Positions 28,812-37,546 of a stretch of 64,000 bases of DNA are shown here, piece by piece. This DNA comes from Deltaproteobacteria bacterium (GTDB taxonomy: Bacteria; Desulfobacterota; GWC2-55-46), in the NCBI GenBank assembly GCA_016177845.1, contig JACOUO010000011.1, forward strand, positions 128,326 through 192,325. The letters are read 5' to 3'. Position numbers and translations under genes: made by a program. The notes below the pieces were generated by a model. The model was not told the origin of the DNA, searched no databases, and saw nothing but the letters and a program-made list of their open reading frames with translations. How positions within the stretch are numbered: the stretch's first letter is position 1; the number at the start of each line of letters is the position of its first letter.

Positions 28812-29722
28812 AACTGAAAACTTCTGAAAAAGGGCTCGCTTTAATCACAACGCTCCTTATTACGGCTATACTTGTAACCATTGTAGCTGAATTTATATTT
28901 AAGACTTATGTATCAACCGCCCGTGCGGCAAATTACAAGGACAGCGCCCGCGCAGCCCTTGTTGCTGAGGACGGTGTCATTATTGCCAAGGCAGGCCTTG
29001 AGGAACTGCTGAAGAGAAGGCCCAATCTAAATATCGAAGAGGATGGCCTGAAGATGAGCCGCCCTGTAGGGGACGACCTGACTGTTGATATCAGGATAGT
29101 GGATGAAAAAGGCAAGGCATCGCTTTTTATAGTGTACCCCAAAACAGGGCTTTCAAATGAGAGGGCGGAAGGAAGTTACATAAGGCTCTTAAAAAACCTC
29201 TCCCTTGATGAACACCTGAAGGACACATTGGCTGATTGGATAGATTCTGATAACGATGTGCGGCACTACGGGGCTGAGGCAAATGATTATTACCGGCAAT
29301 TGAGGGCCCCGTACAGTCCGAGGAATAACTACCCGGACAGCGTTGATGAGCTTCTTATGGTCAAGGACTATACGAAAGAGGGGTTTGAGAAGATAAGCCC
29401 GTTTGTGACTGTCTATAATCAGGACGGGCTTATTAACATAAATACCGCCCCCAAAGAGGTCTTAATGTCATTGTCAGATGATATGACACCGGAGCTGGCT
29501 GAAAAAATAATATCCTTTCGAAAGGGTTCACCCTTAAAGGACAGGTCAGAGATAATGAAAGTGCCCGGCTTTGAGACTATCGGCTTCAGCCTTCAGGACA
29601 AGATAACCGTCTCCAGCAATATCTTCAGGATATATTCGAGGGCAAGGGCAGGGGACGCTGTGCGCGAGGCAGAGGCTGTAGTAAGGACGGGCGGAGGCAT
29701 TATCTACTGGAGAGAGATGTAG
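28808..29722 (+). CDS. gspK: Minor pseudopilin GspK
   Basis: 304 aa with an N-terminal hydrophobic segment after EKGLALITTLLITAILVTIV. Size and position are those of GspK. Confidence 0.7.
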   Translation: MKLKTSEKGLALITTLLITAILVTIVAEFIFKTYVSTARAANYKDSARAALVAEDGVIIAKAGLEELLKRRPNLNIEEDGLKMSRPVGDDLTVDIRIVDEKGKASLFIVYPKTGLSNERAEGSYIRLLKNLSLDEHLKDTLADWIDSDNDVRHYGAEANDYYRQLRAPYSPRNNYPDSVDELLMVKDYTKEGFEKISPFVTVYNQDGLININTAPKEVLMSLSDDMTPELAEKIISFRKGSPLKDRSEIMKVPGFETIGFSLQDKITVSSNIFRIYSRARAGDAVREAEAVVRTGGGIIYWREM

Positions 29723-29723
29723 G

Positions 29724-31079
29724 ATGGCTATCCTTATACTGGATATAGGAAGCGAAACAGTGAGGGCAGGGCTTTTTTCCCAGAAGCTTGAGCCCGCAGG
29801 TTTCTTTACTGCCCCGATACACGCCGGACGCAACGGGTCTATTTCTGTCAAAGAAGAGGTAAAGGGAGCGCTTGAATCGCTCTTTACCTCAATTAAAAGC
29901 ATGGGCAAGGCATTTGAGAGCTTTGAGAAAGTCCTTGTCAGCATTCCGCCTTCCGACATGAGCATCAGGATAGTCACAGTGCCTTTCGAGGACAGGAGAA
30001 AGATAGGCGAGGTGCTGCCCTTTGAGCTTGCGGGGCTCCTTCATATGGATATCGAGGAGATGGAGGTTGATTCTATCCCGCTTGGCGAAAATAAGGTGCT
30101 GGCCATCGCAATCGAGAAAAAAATAATCCGCGAGTATCTTGAGATATTGAATGAATCAGGGATTGACCCGGCCTGGGTAGGTTCTTCCCTGTTTTCCTTG
30201 CCGGTTCTTCTTAAAGAGCTCTATCCTTTGCCCGGCATTAAGGCGTTTATCGCGAGGGATTCACTCAGCGTCTCTGAGGACGGTAATCCTAAGTTCTTCA
30301 AGCCCATTAAAAGGATTGACGGAATCAGGCTTGGGCTTGCCTATCTTGACGCAGAGAATATACGGATAAACGAGGCCTATGCAACAGGATGGGACCTCGA
30401 TGACCTGAGGGTGTTGATGCCTGATGTGAAGATTGAAGAATTGATGCTTCCGGCTGGCTACCCTTCGGACGGGGCAGGAATATACGCCCTTTCACTCGTG
30501 TTAAGGAACGGCACGCTTGGGGAGACTATCAACTTCAGAAAGGGCGAGTTCGAATATACGAAGGAGAAGGCGCACCTGAGGCGTTATGCGAGGATTACGG
30601 CGATTGTCTTAGGCATAATACTGCTCATGATAATCGGCGACCTTTATATAAGGTATCTTGGAATGAAAAAGGAGTTTAACGCCTACAATGACACGCTTAA
30701 GACATCTTATCAGCAGCTCTTTCCCAATGAGAAGAATACAGGGGATGAGGTCTATCAGCTTGAGGCAAAGCTAAAGGCCCTTGATAAGGAGGCTGATGTT
30801 GTAGGGGGAGGGGTAAGCGCACTTAAGATAATGAACGGGATTGCAAATGCCTCTGCTGACGGCCATAGGTTTAAGATATTTGAGCTGTCGATAAGCGGCG
30901 GCAGGGTCAAGGCAAGGGGAGAGGCTGATTCGTTTGAAGGGGCAAATAAACTGAAAGAGGCGTTATCCAAAGACCCTCTTTTTAAAGAGGCTTCAGTATC
31001 GGACATCAAGGCCAAGCCCGGCGGAGGAACCTCCTTCAGCCTCAATCTCACTCTGAACAAGGCGGCTTATGGACTATAG
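29724..31079 (+). CDS. gspL: GspL-like bitopic inner-membrane protein (cytoplasmic actin-like domain + periplasmic domain)
   Basis: 451 aa with an N-terminal MAILILDIGSETVRAGLF actin/PilM-like start, a single TM (ITAIVLGIILLMIIGDLYI) and a periplasmic C-terminus. Confidence 0.6.
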   Translation: MAILILDIGSETVRAGLFSQKLEPAGFFTAPIHAGRNGSISVKEEVKGALESLFTSIKSMGKAFESFEKVLVSIPPSDMSIRIVTVPFEDRRKIGEVLPFELAGLLHMDIEEMEVDSIPLGENKVLAIAIEKKIIREYLEILNESGIDPAWVGSSLFSLPVLLKELYPLPGIKAFIARDSLSVSEDGNPKFFKPIKRIDGIRLGLAYLDAENIRINEAYATGWDLDDLRVLMPDVKIEELMLPAGYPSDGAGIYALSLVLRNGTLGETINFRKGEFEYTKEKAHLRRYARITAIVLGIILLMIIGDLYIRYLGMKKEFNAYNDTLKTSYQQLFPNEKNTGDEVYQLEAKLKALDKEADVVGGGVSALKIMNGIANASADGHRFKIFELSISGGRVKARGEADSFEGANKLKEALSKDPLFKEASVSDIKAKPGGGTSFSLNLTLNKAAYGL

Positions 31080-31623
31080 GGATGTGCTCAAATATAAGGA
31101 GTATTTCAAAGGCGGGCTTGACAGGCAAAAGGCAAAGCGGCTTGCCATTCTTGCCGTTATCCCTGTTCTCATTCTCATCCTCGGCTATACTGCCGTTTAC
31201 AGGTACACTACCATAAGGAGGGGCGCCGCGCTAAAGGCTGAAGATGTCAAAAGATTTAAGGCCCTTGAGCAGGAGTACCTTGTTAAAAAAGCGGCTGTTG
31301 ATTCCATCTCCAGAAAGGCATTGGCCGACCCCGGAATCTCTACCGTATCCCTGCTTGAGAATATCGGAAGCAGGATAGGGGTGAAGAACAAAATTACCTC
31401 AATAAATCCTGTTGGGGAAACTGAAAGGCTCGGCTATACCGAAAGGGAGTTTGAGATTAAGATAGACGGGATTGACTTAAATCAGCTTGTTAATCTGCTC
31501 TACCAGACAGAGAACAATACATCTTTGCTCGTAGTCAGGGAATTTTCAATGAAGAGCAGGTTCGAAAACCCCGACCTTCTTGACATAAGCCTTAAGCTGT
31601 CCCACATTACAAAGCAGGGCTGA
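31069..31623 (+). CDS. gspM: GspM-like bitopic protein
   Basis: 184 aa with a single N-terminal TM (LAILAVIPVLILILGYTAV) and a periplasmic domain. It follows gspL with an overlapping start. Confidence 0.5.
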   Translation: MDYRDVLKYKEYFKGGLDRQKAKRLAILAVIPVLILILGYTAVYRYTTIRRGAALKAEDVKRFKALEQEYLVKKAAVDSISRKALADPGISTVSLLENIGSRIGVKNKITSINPVGETERLGYTEREFEIKIDGIDLNQLVNLLYQTENNTSLLVVREFSMKSRFENPDLLDISLKLSHITKQG

Positions 31624-31626
31624 TTT

Positions 31627-32400
31627 TCAGAGCTTTCTGAACTGGCGCATGATAAGCGTTGAAAGGAATATCAGGGAGCTTATCAGGATAAAGACAGGCC
31701 CCGGTGAAAGTGAATAGGTGTGCGAGAAGTATATCCCGAAAACCGCTGCTATCACTCCAAAGAATACGCTCCCTGCCATAAAAGCGGTAAGGCTTCTTGC
31801 GATATTTTTTGCTGAAGCTGCCGGGATTATGACAAGAGAGCCCATCAGAAGCGCCCCTACAAAGCGAATCCCCAAGGCGACCGCAAGTGCGAAGCTTAAG
31901 AGGAAAATGAACTCCAGCCTTTTATTATTTATCCCAATGGACTGGGCTATCTCCTGGGAAACCATGTTCAGCGTAAGTTTTTTATAGATTGAAAGAATAG
32001 CGGCTATGAGTATTGCCGAGAGCAGGATTGAGGCCAGTGACTCCTGAATAGTGAGGTCGGTGATATTGCCGAAAAGCGCTTCAATCAGGTCGTGCTCAGG
32101 CATTATGAGCGCACCTATGGCAAGGCTTGCCGTAAAGAATACGCCTACAATGGTCTCAAGAGAAAGCGAACTCCTGTACTCTATAATCCAGATGCCGCAG
32201 ACAGTGAATACAAGAAAGCTTATGGCCCCGATAAAGGGGTCGAATTTGAAAAGTATGGCAAGGGCCATTCCGGGCAATGCCACATGGGAGAGCGCGTCGC
32301 CGACAAGGGCCATCCTCTTTAAAATGGCAAACGAGCCGAGAAGGCTCGCGCTTGCCGCCACAAAGGCGGCAACTATCAAGGGCAGTATTATATCTTGCAT
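31627..32400 (-). CDS. znuB: Metal (Zn/Mn) ABC transporter permease, ZnuB/MntB-like
   Basis: 257 aa, ...LGSFAILKRMALVGDALSHVALPGMALA..., ABC-3 family. Confidence 0.85.
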   Translation of the reverse strand: MQDIILPLIVAAFVAASASLLGSFAILKRMALVGDALSHVALPGMALAILFKFDPFIGAISFLVFTVCGIWIIEYRSSLSLETIVGVFFTASLAIGALIMPEHDLIEALFGNITDLTIQESLASILLSAILIAAILSIYKKLTLNMVSQEIAQSIGINNKRLEFIFLLSFALAVALGIRFVGALLMGSLVIIPAASAKNIARSLTAFMAGSVFFGVIAAVFGIYFSHTYSLSPGPVFILISSLIFLSTLIMRQFRKL

Positions 32401-32401
32401 G

Positions 32402-33133
32402 TTATGTTTTGTGGTTGTGCTGGAAAAACGCTTTTTCTCCGCCGTAAAGCGCCATGAGCTGCTCTGTGCTCAGCACATCCTTCGGAGAGCCGAAGCAGAG
32501 ATTTTTCCTGTTTATGCAAAGTACCGTTGCCGCATGCCTGTAGACGACATTGAGGTCATGGGAGACGAGGATAATGGTAAGCCCAAGGTTCTTCTGAAGA
32601 TGGTAGAGCATCTTGTAGATTGATTCCTGGCCGGCAATGTCTATGTCAGCCGTAGGCTCATCAAAGAGGAGGACATCAGGGGTGCTGAGCACTGCCCAGG
32701 CCACAAGGACCCTTTGCCTCTGTCCTATTGATATCTCGCCAAAGCCCTTCTTCAATATTTTTGGCTCAAGCTGGACAAACTCCAGAACCTCGGCAATCTT
32801 CTTGTCCGTAGCAGATATCCCTCGTAAATGGAAGAATTCCTTTACCGTAAGAGGCACATCGGTCTCTATATCCATCCTCTGAGGCACATATCCTGTTTTG
32901 ATGCCGCGCTGCCAGCTGATTGTGCCTTTATAAGGCACAAGCCCTATAAGTGTCTTTAAAAGCACGGTCTTGCCTGCCCCGTTAGGGCCTATAATGGCAA
33001 GCACCTCGCTTTTATTGACATCGAAATTAAGGTCTTCGAGTATCCTGTTCCCGTTGATCTCTATATTAAGATTTTTGACTTCAAGTATTTTCATGGAATT
33101 TTTAAATATGCAATATTCCCGGCTGCCGGTCAA
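32402..33133 (-). CDS. znuC: Metal ABC transporter ATP-binding protein, ZnuC-like
   Basis: 243 aa with Walker A GPNGAGKT, signature ISIGQRQRV and Walker B LLFDEP. Confidence 0.85.
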   Translation of the reverse strand: MTGSREYCIFKNSMKILEVKNLNIEINGNRILEDLNFDVNKSEVLAIIGPNGAGKTVLLKTLIGLVPYKGTISWQRGIKTGYVPQRMDIETDVPLTVKEFFHLRGISATDKKIAEVLEFVQLEPKILKKGFGEISIGQRQRVLVAWAVLSTPDVLLFDEPTADIDIAGQESIYKMLYHLQKNLGLTIILVSHDLNVVYRHAATVLCINRKNLCFGSPKDVLSTEQLMALYGGEKAFFQHNHKT

Positions 33134-33169
33134 GAAATTTGTATTTTTTGCGGCGCAGGGGGATTGATT

Positions 33170-33202
33170 CTAATCTTCTTTTAATCTTCAGGACCTTAGA
33201 AT
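33170..33202 (+). promoter_or_regulatory. Promoter with a direct-repeat operator (CTAATCTTC-TTT-TAATCTTC) 7 nt upstream of a TAGAAT -10 element
   Basis: The identical 20-mer CTAATCTTCTTTTAATCTTC also occurs at 36709-36728. A near-identical copy is at 39563-39582. Each has the same 6-7 nt spacing to a -10-like hexamer. Confidence 0.55.
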
Positions 33203-33267
33203 GTTTACATAAATTGCAACACTTAAAAGTATATCAGAAATCCTGCATTCAAAATGGAAAGGGTACT

Positions 33268-33360
33268 ATGGAAAAAAAGATAAAAGCTTTTGATATGTTC
33301 TCAATTTTCATGTTCATATTGAGTGTTGCTGCCTTTGCCGCTGAAATAGCCCTGACCTAA
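33268..33360 (+). CDS. Small hydrophobic peptide (30 aa), first ORF of the cytochrome b561 transcription unit
   Basis: MEKKIKAFDMFSIFMFILSVAAFAAEIALT, with an SD GGAAAGGG 7 nt upstream. It is similar to the 28-aa peptide at 39643 and to small ORFs at 51257-51694. Confidence 0.35.
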   Translation: MEKKIKAFDMFSIFMFILSVAAFAAEIALT

Positions 33361-33445
33361 AATTTTTTTGCTCAATGGTTTAAAAATTATTTGAGTCTTA
33401 ACCCTCCATGTCTTAGAATCTCCATGTAAGGTGGAGATAATTTAA

Positions 33446-34600
33446 ATGAAAATCAAAGTTTGGGATATACCGACCCGTATGTTCCACTGGCTTCTTGTGG
33501 GTGCATACATCGGCGCTTTTTTTACATCTGAGAGCGAATGGTACCTTGAATATCATACCGTCGCGGGCTATATAGCTTTTGGTCTTGTAAGTTTCCGTAT
33601 TCTTTGGGGTTTCAGCGGTAATAAATACGCTCGTTTTTCGGATTTTGTAAAGGGATGGGCCCCTGTTAAGGACTATATAGCCAAAACAGCCCGTCTAAAG
33701 CCGCCGAGGTATCTTGGGCATAATCCTGCCGTAGGCTGGGTCGTTCTTTTCATGCTTTTACTGACCGCTGCCATTACAGTATCAGGCATTATTACCTATT
33801 CCGGGGAAGAGGGCAGGGGCATTTTCTCTTCCTATTTCAGCTATGAGACAGCCGTTTATGCCGAAACGGTCCATCTCTTCCTGACAAAATTTGTTATACT
33901 GATGATAGTGGTGCATGTCTGCGCCGCTCTCTTTCATGATTTTATTTTAAAGGAAAACATAATACTGTCCATGGTAACCGGCACAAAGGAAGATGCCGAG
34001 TCATGGCAGGAGAGGGTGTCGCACCTTAAGCCCGATGAAGGGCGCTCAGCCTTAAGGCTTGGGGTATGGGTCTTTGTCGCCGTGATGGGCGGGCTTGGGC
34101 TTATTTACCTCCCACCCGAAGGGGAAAAAAGCGCCTCCGAGCTTGGGCCGCCTAAGATTATAGATGAAAAAGGCGTTTCAGTGGAATTTACGCCCAATGA
34201 GACATGGAAGGCTGAATGCGCCGCATCATGCCATAACGCATTCCACCCGACACTGCTCCCGGCCCGGTCGTGGAATAAGCTCTCTGAAGGCTTAAGCGAC
34301 CACTTCGGGGATGATGTTACCCTTGACGATGATACAAAAAAGGAGATTTTCGATTACCTTATGGCCTCTTCAGCCGAGCATTCGACCTCAGAGGCTTCGA
34401 CAAAGATACTGCGCTCAATAAAAAAGGGTGATGTTCCGATAAGGATTACTGAGGTGCCGTACTGGAAGGTGAAACATTCTGAAATTAAAGAAGAGGTCTT
34501 CGCCAAAAAGTCTGTTGTAAGCAAAAGTAATTGCGTGGCCTGCCATCCTGGTTCCGAGGTAGGCTCATTCGAAGATAAAGATATACGAATTCCGAATTAA
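33446..34600 (+). CDS. Cytochrome b561 (Ni/Fe-hydrogenase b-type, PF01292-like) fused to a C-terminal periplasmic diheme cytochrome c (DHC) domain
   Basis: The N-terminal 4-TM cyt b carries conserved His residues (MFHWLLVGAY...YHTVAGY...HLFLTKF...HVCAALFHDF). The C-terminal domain has heme motifs CAASCH (a CX3CH variant) and CVACH, and is ~45% identical to the DHC protein at 35069. Confidence 0.8.
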   Translation: MKIKVWDIPTRMFHWLLVGAYIGAFFTSESEWYLEYHTVAGYIAFGLVSFRILWGFSGNKYARFSDFVKGWAPVKDYIAKTARLKPPRYLGHNPAVGWVVLFMLLLTAAITVSGIITYSGEEGRGIFSSYFSYETAVYAETVHLFLTKFVILMIVVHVCAALFHDFILKENIILSMVTGTKEDAESWQERVSHLKPDEGRSALRLGVWVFVAVMGGLGLIYLPPEGEKSASELGPPKIIDEKGVSVEFTPNETWKAECAASCHNAFHPTLLPARSWNKLSEGLSDHFGDDVTLDDDTKKEIFDYLMASSAEHSTSEASTKILRSIKKGDVPIRITEVPYWKVKHSEIKEEVFAKKSVVSKSNCVACHPGSEVGSFEDKDIRIPN

Positions 34601-34614
34601 AAAGGGAGGTTTCA

Positions 34615-35043
34615 ATGAGGAGGAAAATATCTTACCTGCTGGCGCTTGCCGTTTCCATAACTGCTATTGGGACTGGCAGCGCTGATGCAGCCACAAAGCT
34701 CAATCCGCAGATGCAGGCGCTTGTGGATTCATACCAGAAGGAAGCAGGGGTAAAGGCATTCAGCGCAGACGAAGGTAAGAAATTGTTCATGTCAAAGAGA
34801 ATGCACTCGGTAAAGAAAGAGGAGCGCTCATGTACGACATGCCATACTACTAATCCTGCCCAGACAGGCAAGACCGTAGTCGGCAAACCCATTGACCCGA
34901 TTTCCCCTGCGGTTACAAAAGACAGGTTCACGGACCCTAAAAAGGTCGAGAAGTGGTTTAAGAGGAACTGTGAGTGGGTGCTTGAGAGGGAATGCACGCC
35001 CAAGGAAAAGGGCGATTACATTACATTTATGACATCATTATAA
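34615..35043 (+). CDS. DUF1924-family periplasmic mono-heme cytochrome c
   Basis: 142 aa with a signal peptide and a single CTTCH motif. A Trp/Lys-rich C-terminus is as in PF09086 proteins that are genomically coupled to cyt b561 and DHC. Confidence 0.75.
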   Translation: MRRKISYLLALAVSITAIGTGSADAATKLNPQMQALVDSYQKEAGVKAFSADEGKKLFMSKRMHSVKKEERSCTTCHTTNPAQTGKTVVGKPIDPISPAVTKDRFTDPKKVEKWFKRNCEWVLERECTPKEKGDYITFMTSL

Positions 35044-35068
35044 TTATGTAATCTGAAAGGAGACGGAG

Positions 35069-35611
35069 ATGGTACTCAGAAAGACGATAATACCCTTTTT
35101 AGCGGCAGGGTTAATGTTAACCGGGCTTGTCGCAGGCACCGGGTTTGCCGATGAAGATCACAGAGAGAGAGGTGAGAGGCATAGCAGGTATATGCCCAAA
35201 GTCGCTGAAAACGCTACTTACAAACAGGAGTGCTCATCCTGCCATTTCCTTTATCTGCCGGGGCTGCTGCCTGCCCGTTCATGGGAAGCGGTAATGAATA
35301 ACTCCGATAAGCACTTTGGCGAGAACCTTGGGCTTGATGAGAATACCAAAAAGGAGATTACTTCCTTCCTTAAGAATAATTCGGCTGAAAGGACCGATAC
35401 AGAGTGGTCTAATAAGATAATGAGGAGTGTTGGTTCGGCTACCCCGGAGAGGATTACCGAAGTGCCCTGGATAAAAAAGGAGCACAGAAGGATTAAACCT
35501 GAGGTATTCCAGAGGCCTTCCATAGGAAGCTTCTCAAACTGCGGCGCATGCCATACGCAGGGCGCACAGGGAAATTTTGAGGAAGACGCGGTTTCAATCC
35601 CGAAGAAATAA
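35069..35611 (+). CDS. Diheme cytochrome c (DHC family)
   Basis: 180 aa with a signal peptide and two CXXCH motifs (CSSCH, CGACH), paralogous to the C-terminal domain of the preceding b561 fusion. Confidence 0.8.
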   Translation: MVLRKTIIPFLAAGLMLTGLVAGTGFADEDHRERGERHSRYMPKVAENATYKQECSSCHFLYLPGLLPARSWEAVMNNSDKHFGENLGLDENTKKEITSFLKNNSAERTDTEWSNKIMRSVGSATPERITEVPWIKKEHRRIKPEVFQRPSIGSFSNCGACHTQGAQGNFEEDAVSIPKK

Positions 35612-35637
35612 TCTGCTAATATTTAAATTATGGAAGC

Positions 35638-35770
35638 TCTGATTAATTCTCGTTTCTGCTGTCATTGCGAGAAGTGAAACGACGAAGCAATCGCTAACTG
35701 CTTGATTTACCTGAAAACGAGATTGCTTCGCTGCGCTCGCAAAGACTACTCAATGAATTAATCAGAGGTT
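35638..35770. repeat. MITE-like palindromic element with 13-bp terminal inverted repeats (CTCTGATTAATTC / GAATTAATCAGAG) and an internal GTCATTGCGAG...GAAGCAATC palindrome
   Basis: The terminal inverted repeats (TIRs) are read directly. The internal palindrome GTCATTGCGAG-N-GAAGCAATCG / CGAGATTGCTTCG-N-CTCGCAA belongs to the same family as the repeats at 39011-39516. Confidence 0.5.
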
Positions 35771-35790
35771 CCAAGGGGTTGCCCTTTTTT

Positions 35791-36513
35791 TTAAGTAAGT
35801 TTCTTAAGTATTGCCACCTTTATGCCTGTATTTTCAAAATGCGGCAGGAGTATTAAAGGGTTTTCTTTCCTTGTATAGAACTTCGGGTCCTTGGAGAAGA
35901 ATATATCACCTTTGACCTTGGGTTCGGGCTCATCTACAGGGGTGTAGTGAACCGGTATGAATAGAGCAGGGCTTATCACTTTTACCGCCTTTATTATTTC
36001 TTTTGTGTCGATTGCATAGGCGTTATCGCATATCGGAAGTATCGCTACATCCACCCCCTTAAGGGCTTCCATCTCAGCTATGTTGGTAGTATCTCCCGAA
36101 AAGTATATCTTCTGAGTGCCTGTTTCGATAAGGAATCCGCAGCCTTCGCCTTTCATGTGAAACCCTCTTGGCGTATACGCCTCGGTGCCTGTTACCTTTG
36201 CCTGTCCGAAGTCAACGGTCTGCCCTACCTTTATAGTCCTTACTCCTTTTATGTCCTGAACGCAGTATTTTAAATAGCTCTCGTGAAATGCCGCTACCTT
36301 TGTGTTTTCATCCCTTATCGGGCTTATGAACTCCGGCAGGCAGTGGTCAACATGGTGGTGTGTTATAAGGACGAGATCAGCCCTTGGCGGATTGGCGTCA
36401 AGCATGACAGGGTCCGTATAGATAATGTAGCCGTCAGCGGTTGTGATGCGCATTGTGGATTGCCCAAGCCACTCATATTTTATGCCGTTAAAAACGATGC
36501 TTTTGTCTTCCAT
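35791..36513 (-). CDS. MBL-fold metallo-hydrolase
   Basis: 240 aa with an HHHVDHC metal-binding motif. Confidence 0.8.
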   Translation of the reverse strand: MEDKSIVFNGIKYEWLGQSTMRITTADGYIIYTDPVMLDANPPRADLVLITHHHVDHCLPEFISPIRDENTKVAAFHESYLKYCVQDIKGVRTIKVGQTVDFGQAKVTGTEAYTPRGFHMKGEGCGFLIETGTQKIYFSGDTTNIAEMEALKGVDVAILPICDNAYAIDTKEIIKAVKVISPALFIPVHYTPVDEPEPKVKGDIFFSKDPKFYTRKENPLILLPHFENTGIKVAILKKLT

Positions 36514-36708
36514 TCCTTTTTATCCTCCGGGCTATATAAAAGTAGAGTACCTTACGGGCAAATCACCAATTGAATCTTAACAGATGGAAAACCTTAAGCA
36601 AATGATAATTGTTAAAAAATATAAAAATTAAAAAATTGCAGTATAAACATACGGTTACGAAAAATTGACTTGATTTTAAATCGTTCAAAATGGTACTCCT
36701 ATGTACCT

Positions 36709-36740
36709 CTAATCTTCTTTTAATCTTCTGATTGTAAAAT
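36709..36740 (+). promoter_or_regulatory. Promoter with a direct-repeat operator (CTAATCTTC-TTT-TAATCTTC) 6 nt upstream of a TAAAAT -10 element, preceding tlpA-DUF4266-DUF3570
   Basis: Exact 20-mer copy of the element at 33170. Confidence 0.55.
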
Positions 36741-36778
36741 TGTCTGACGAACAACCATTAAAAGAGAGGTCTTAATCT

Positions 36779-37276
36779 ATGAGACTGAAAATAGCTTTGG
36801 CACTTATTTTCATGTTTTGTCTTGCTCCGCTTTCATGGGCAGGCATCACCAACCAAAAGGCTCCTGATTTCAACCTGCAGGACTTAAACGGCAAGACTGT
36901 TACCCTTGAGAGCCTCAAAGGCAAGGTCGTTTTCGTGGATTTCTGGGCAAGCTGGTGCCCTCCGTGCAAAAAGGAACTGCCTGAGCTCAATAAGCTTATG
37001 GATAAGTATAAAGACTCTGATGTTGTAGTGGCGGCGATAAATGTAGATAAGAACAAAGCGCAGGCTGCGGATTTTGTCTCAAAGGTGCCGAACCTTTCCA
37101 AAAAGATGGTTATCCTTCATGATGCCGATTCATTGGTTATCTCGGCTTACAAGGCTAAGGCAATGCCGACATCTTTCGTGCTCGATAAGAACGGTGTTAT
37201 ACGCTATGTGCATTTCGGATATCAGGAGACAGACCCGTTCGCGTGGGTGGATGAGATAAACAAGCTTTTGAAGTGA
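36779..37276 (+). CDS. TlpA/ResA-like periplasmic thiol:disulfide oxidoreductase (thioredoxin fold)
   Basis: 165 aa with a signal peptide and WASWCPPCKKELPEL active site. Confidence 0.85.
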   Translation: MRLKIALALIFMFCLAPLSWAGITNQKAPDFNLQDLNGKTVTLESLKGKVVFVDFWASWCPPCKKELPELNKLMDKYKDSDVVVAAINVDKNKAQAADFVSKVPNLSKKMVILHDADSLVISAYKAKAMPTSFVLDKNGVIRYVHFGYQETDPFAWVDEINKLLK

Positions 37277-37306
37277 TTCCCGGGCATGGTGCCCGAGGAC
37301 TTTTGA

Positions 37307-37546
37307 ATGAAAAAGGAGAGAAGAGCCGTGAAGACCGTATTTTGGGCATTGGCGCTTTGTTTGGTTTTGGGCGCGGCAACAGGATGCGCAAGGGTCAAGC
37401 CTTGGGAAAGGGAGTATCTGGCTAAACCCATAATGCAATATGATTACAACAAAGAAGAAAAAGCTGTCAGGGAGCATTTCCTGGGCACCCGTGAAGGCAG
37501 TGCCGGCAGCTTCGGCGTAAGCGGAGGTGGCTGTGGCTGCAATTAA
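37307..37546 (+). CDS. DUF4266-family small lipoprotein
   Basis: 79 aa with a lipobox LGAATGC and the family-typical C-terminus ...SFGVSGGGCGCN. Confidence 0.7.
   Translation: MKKERRAVKTVFWALALCLVLGAATGCARVKPWEREYLAKPIMQYDYNKEEKAVREHFLGTREGSAGSFGVSGGGCGCN

Noticed and set aside
31627-33133. znuBC as part of a novel system because znuA and zur are absent
   Set aside because: Split metal-uptake operons are common. The substrate-binding protein is probably encoded elsewhere. Nothing in the sequence suggests unusual function.
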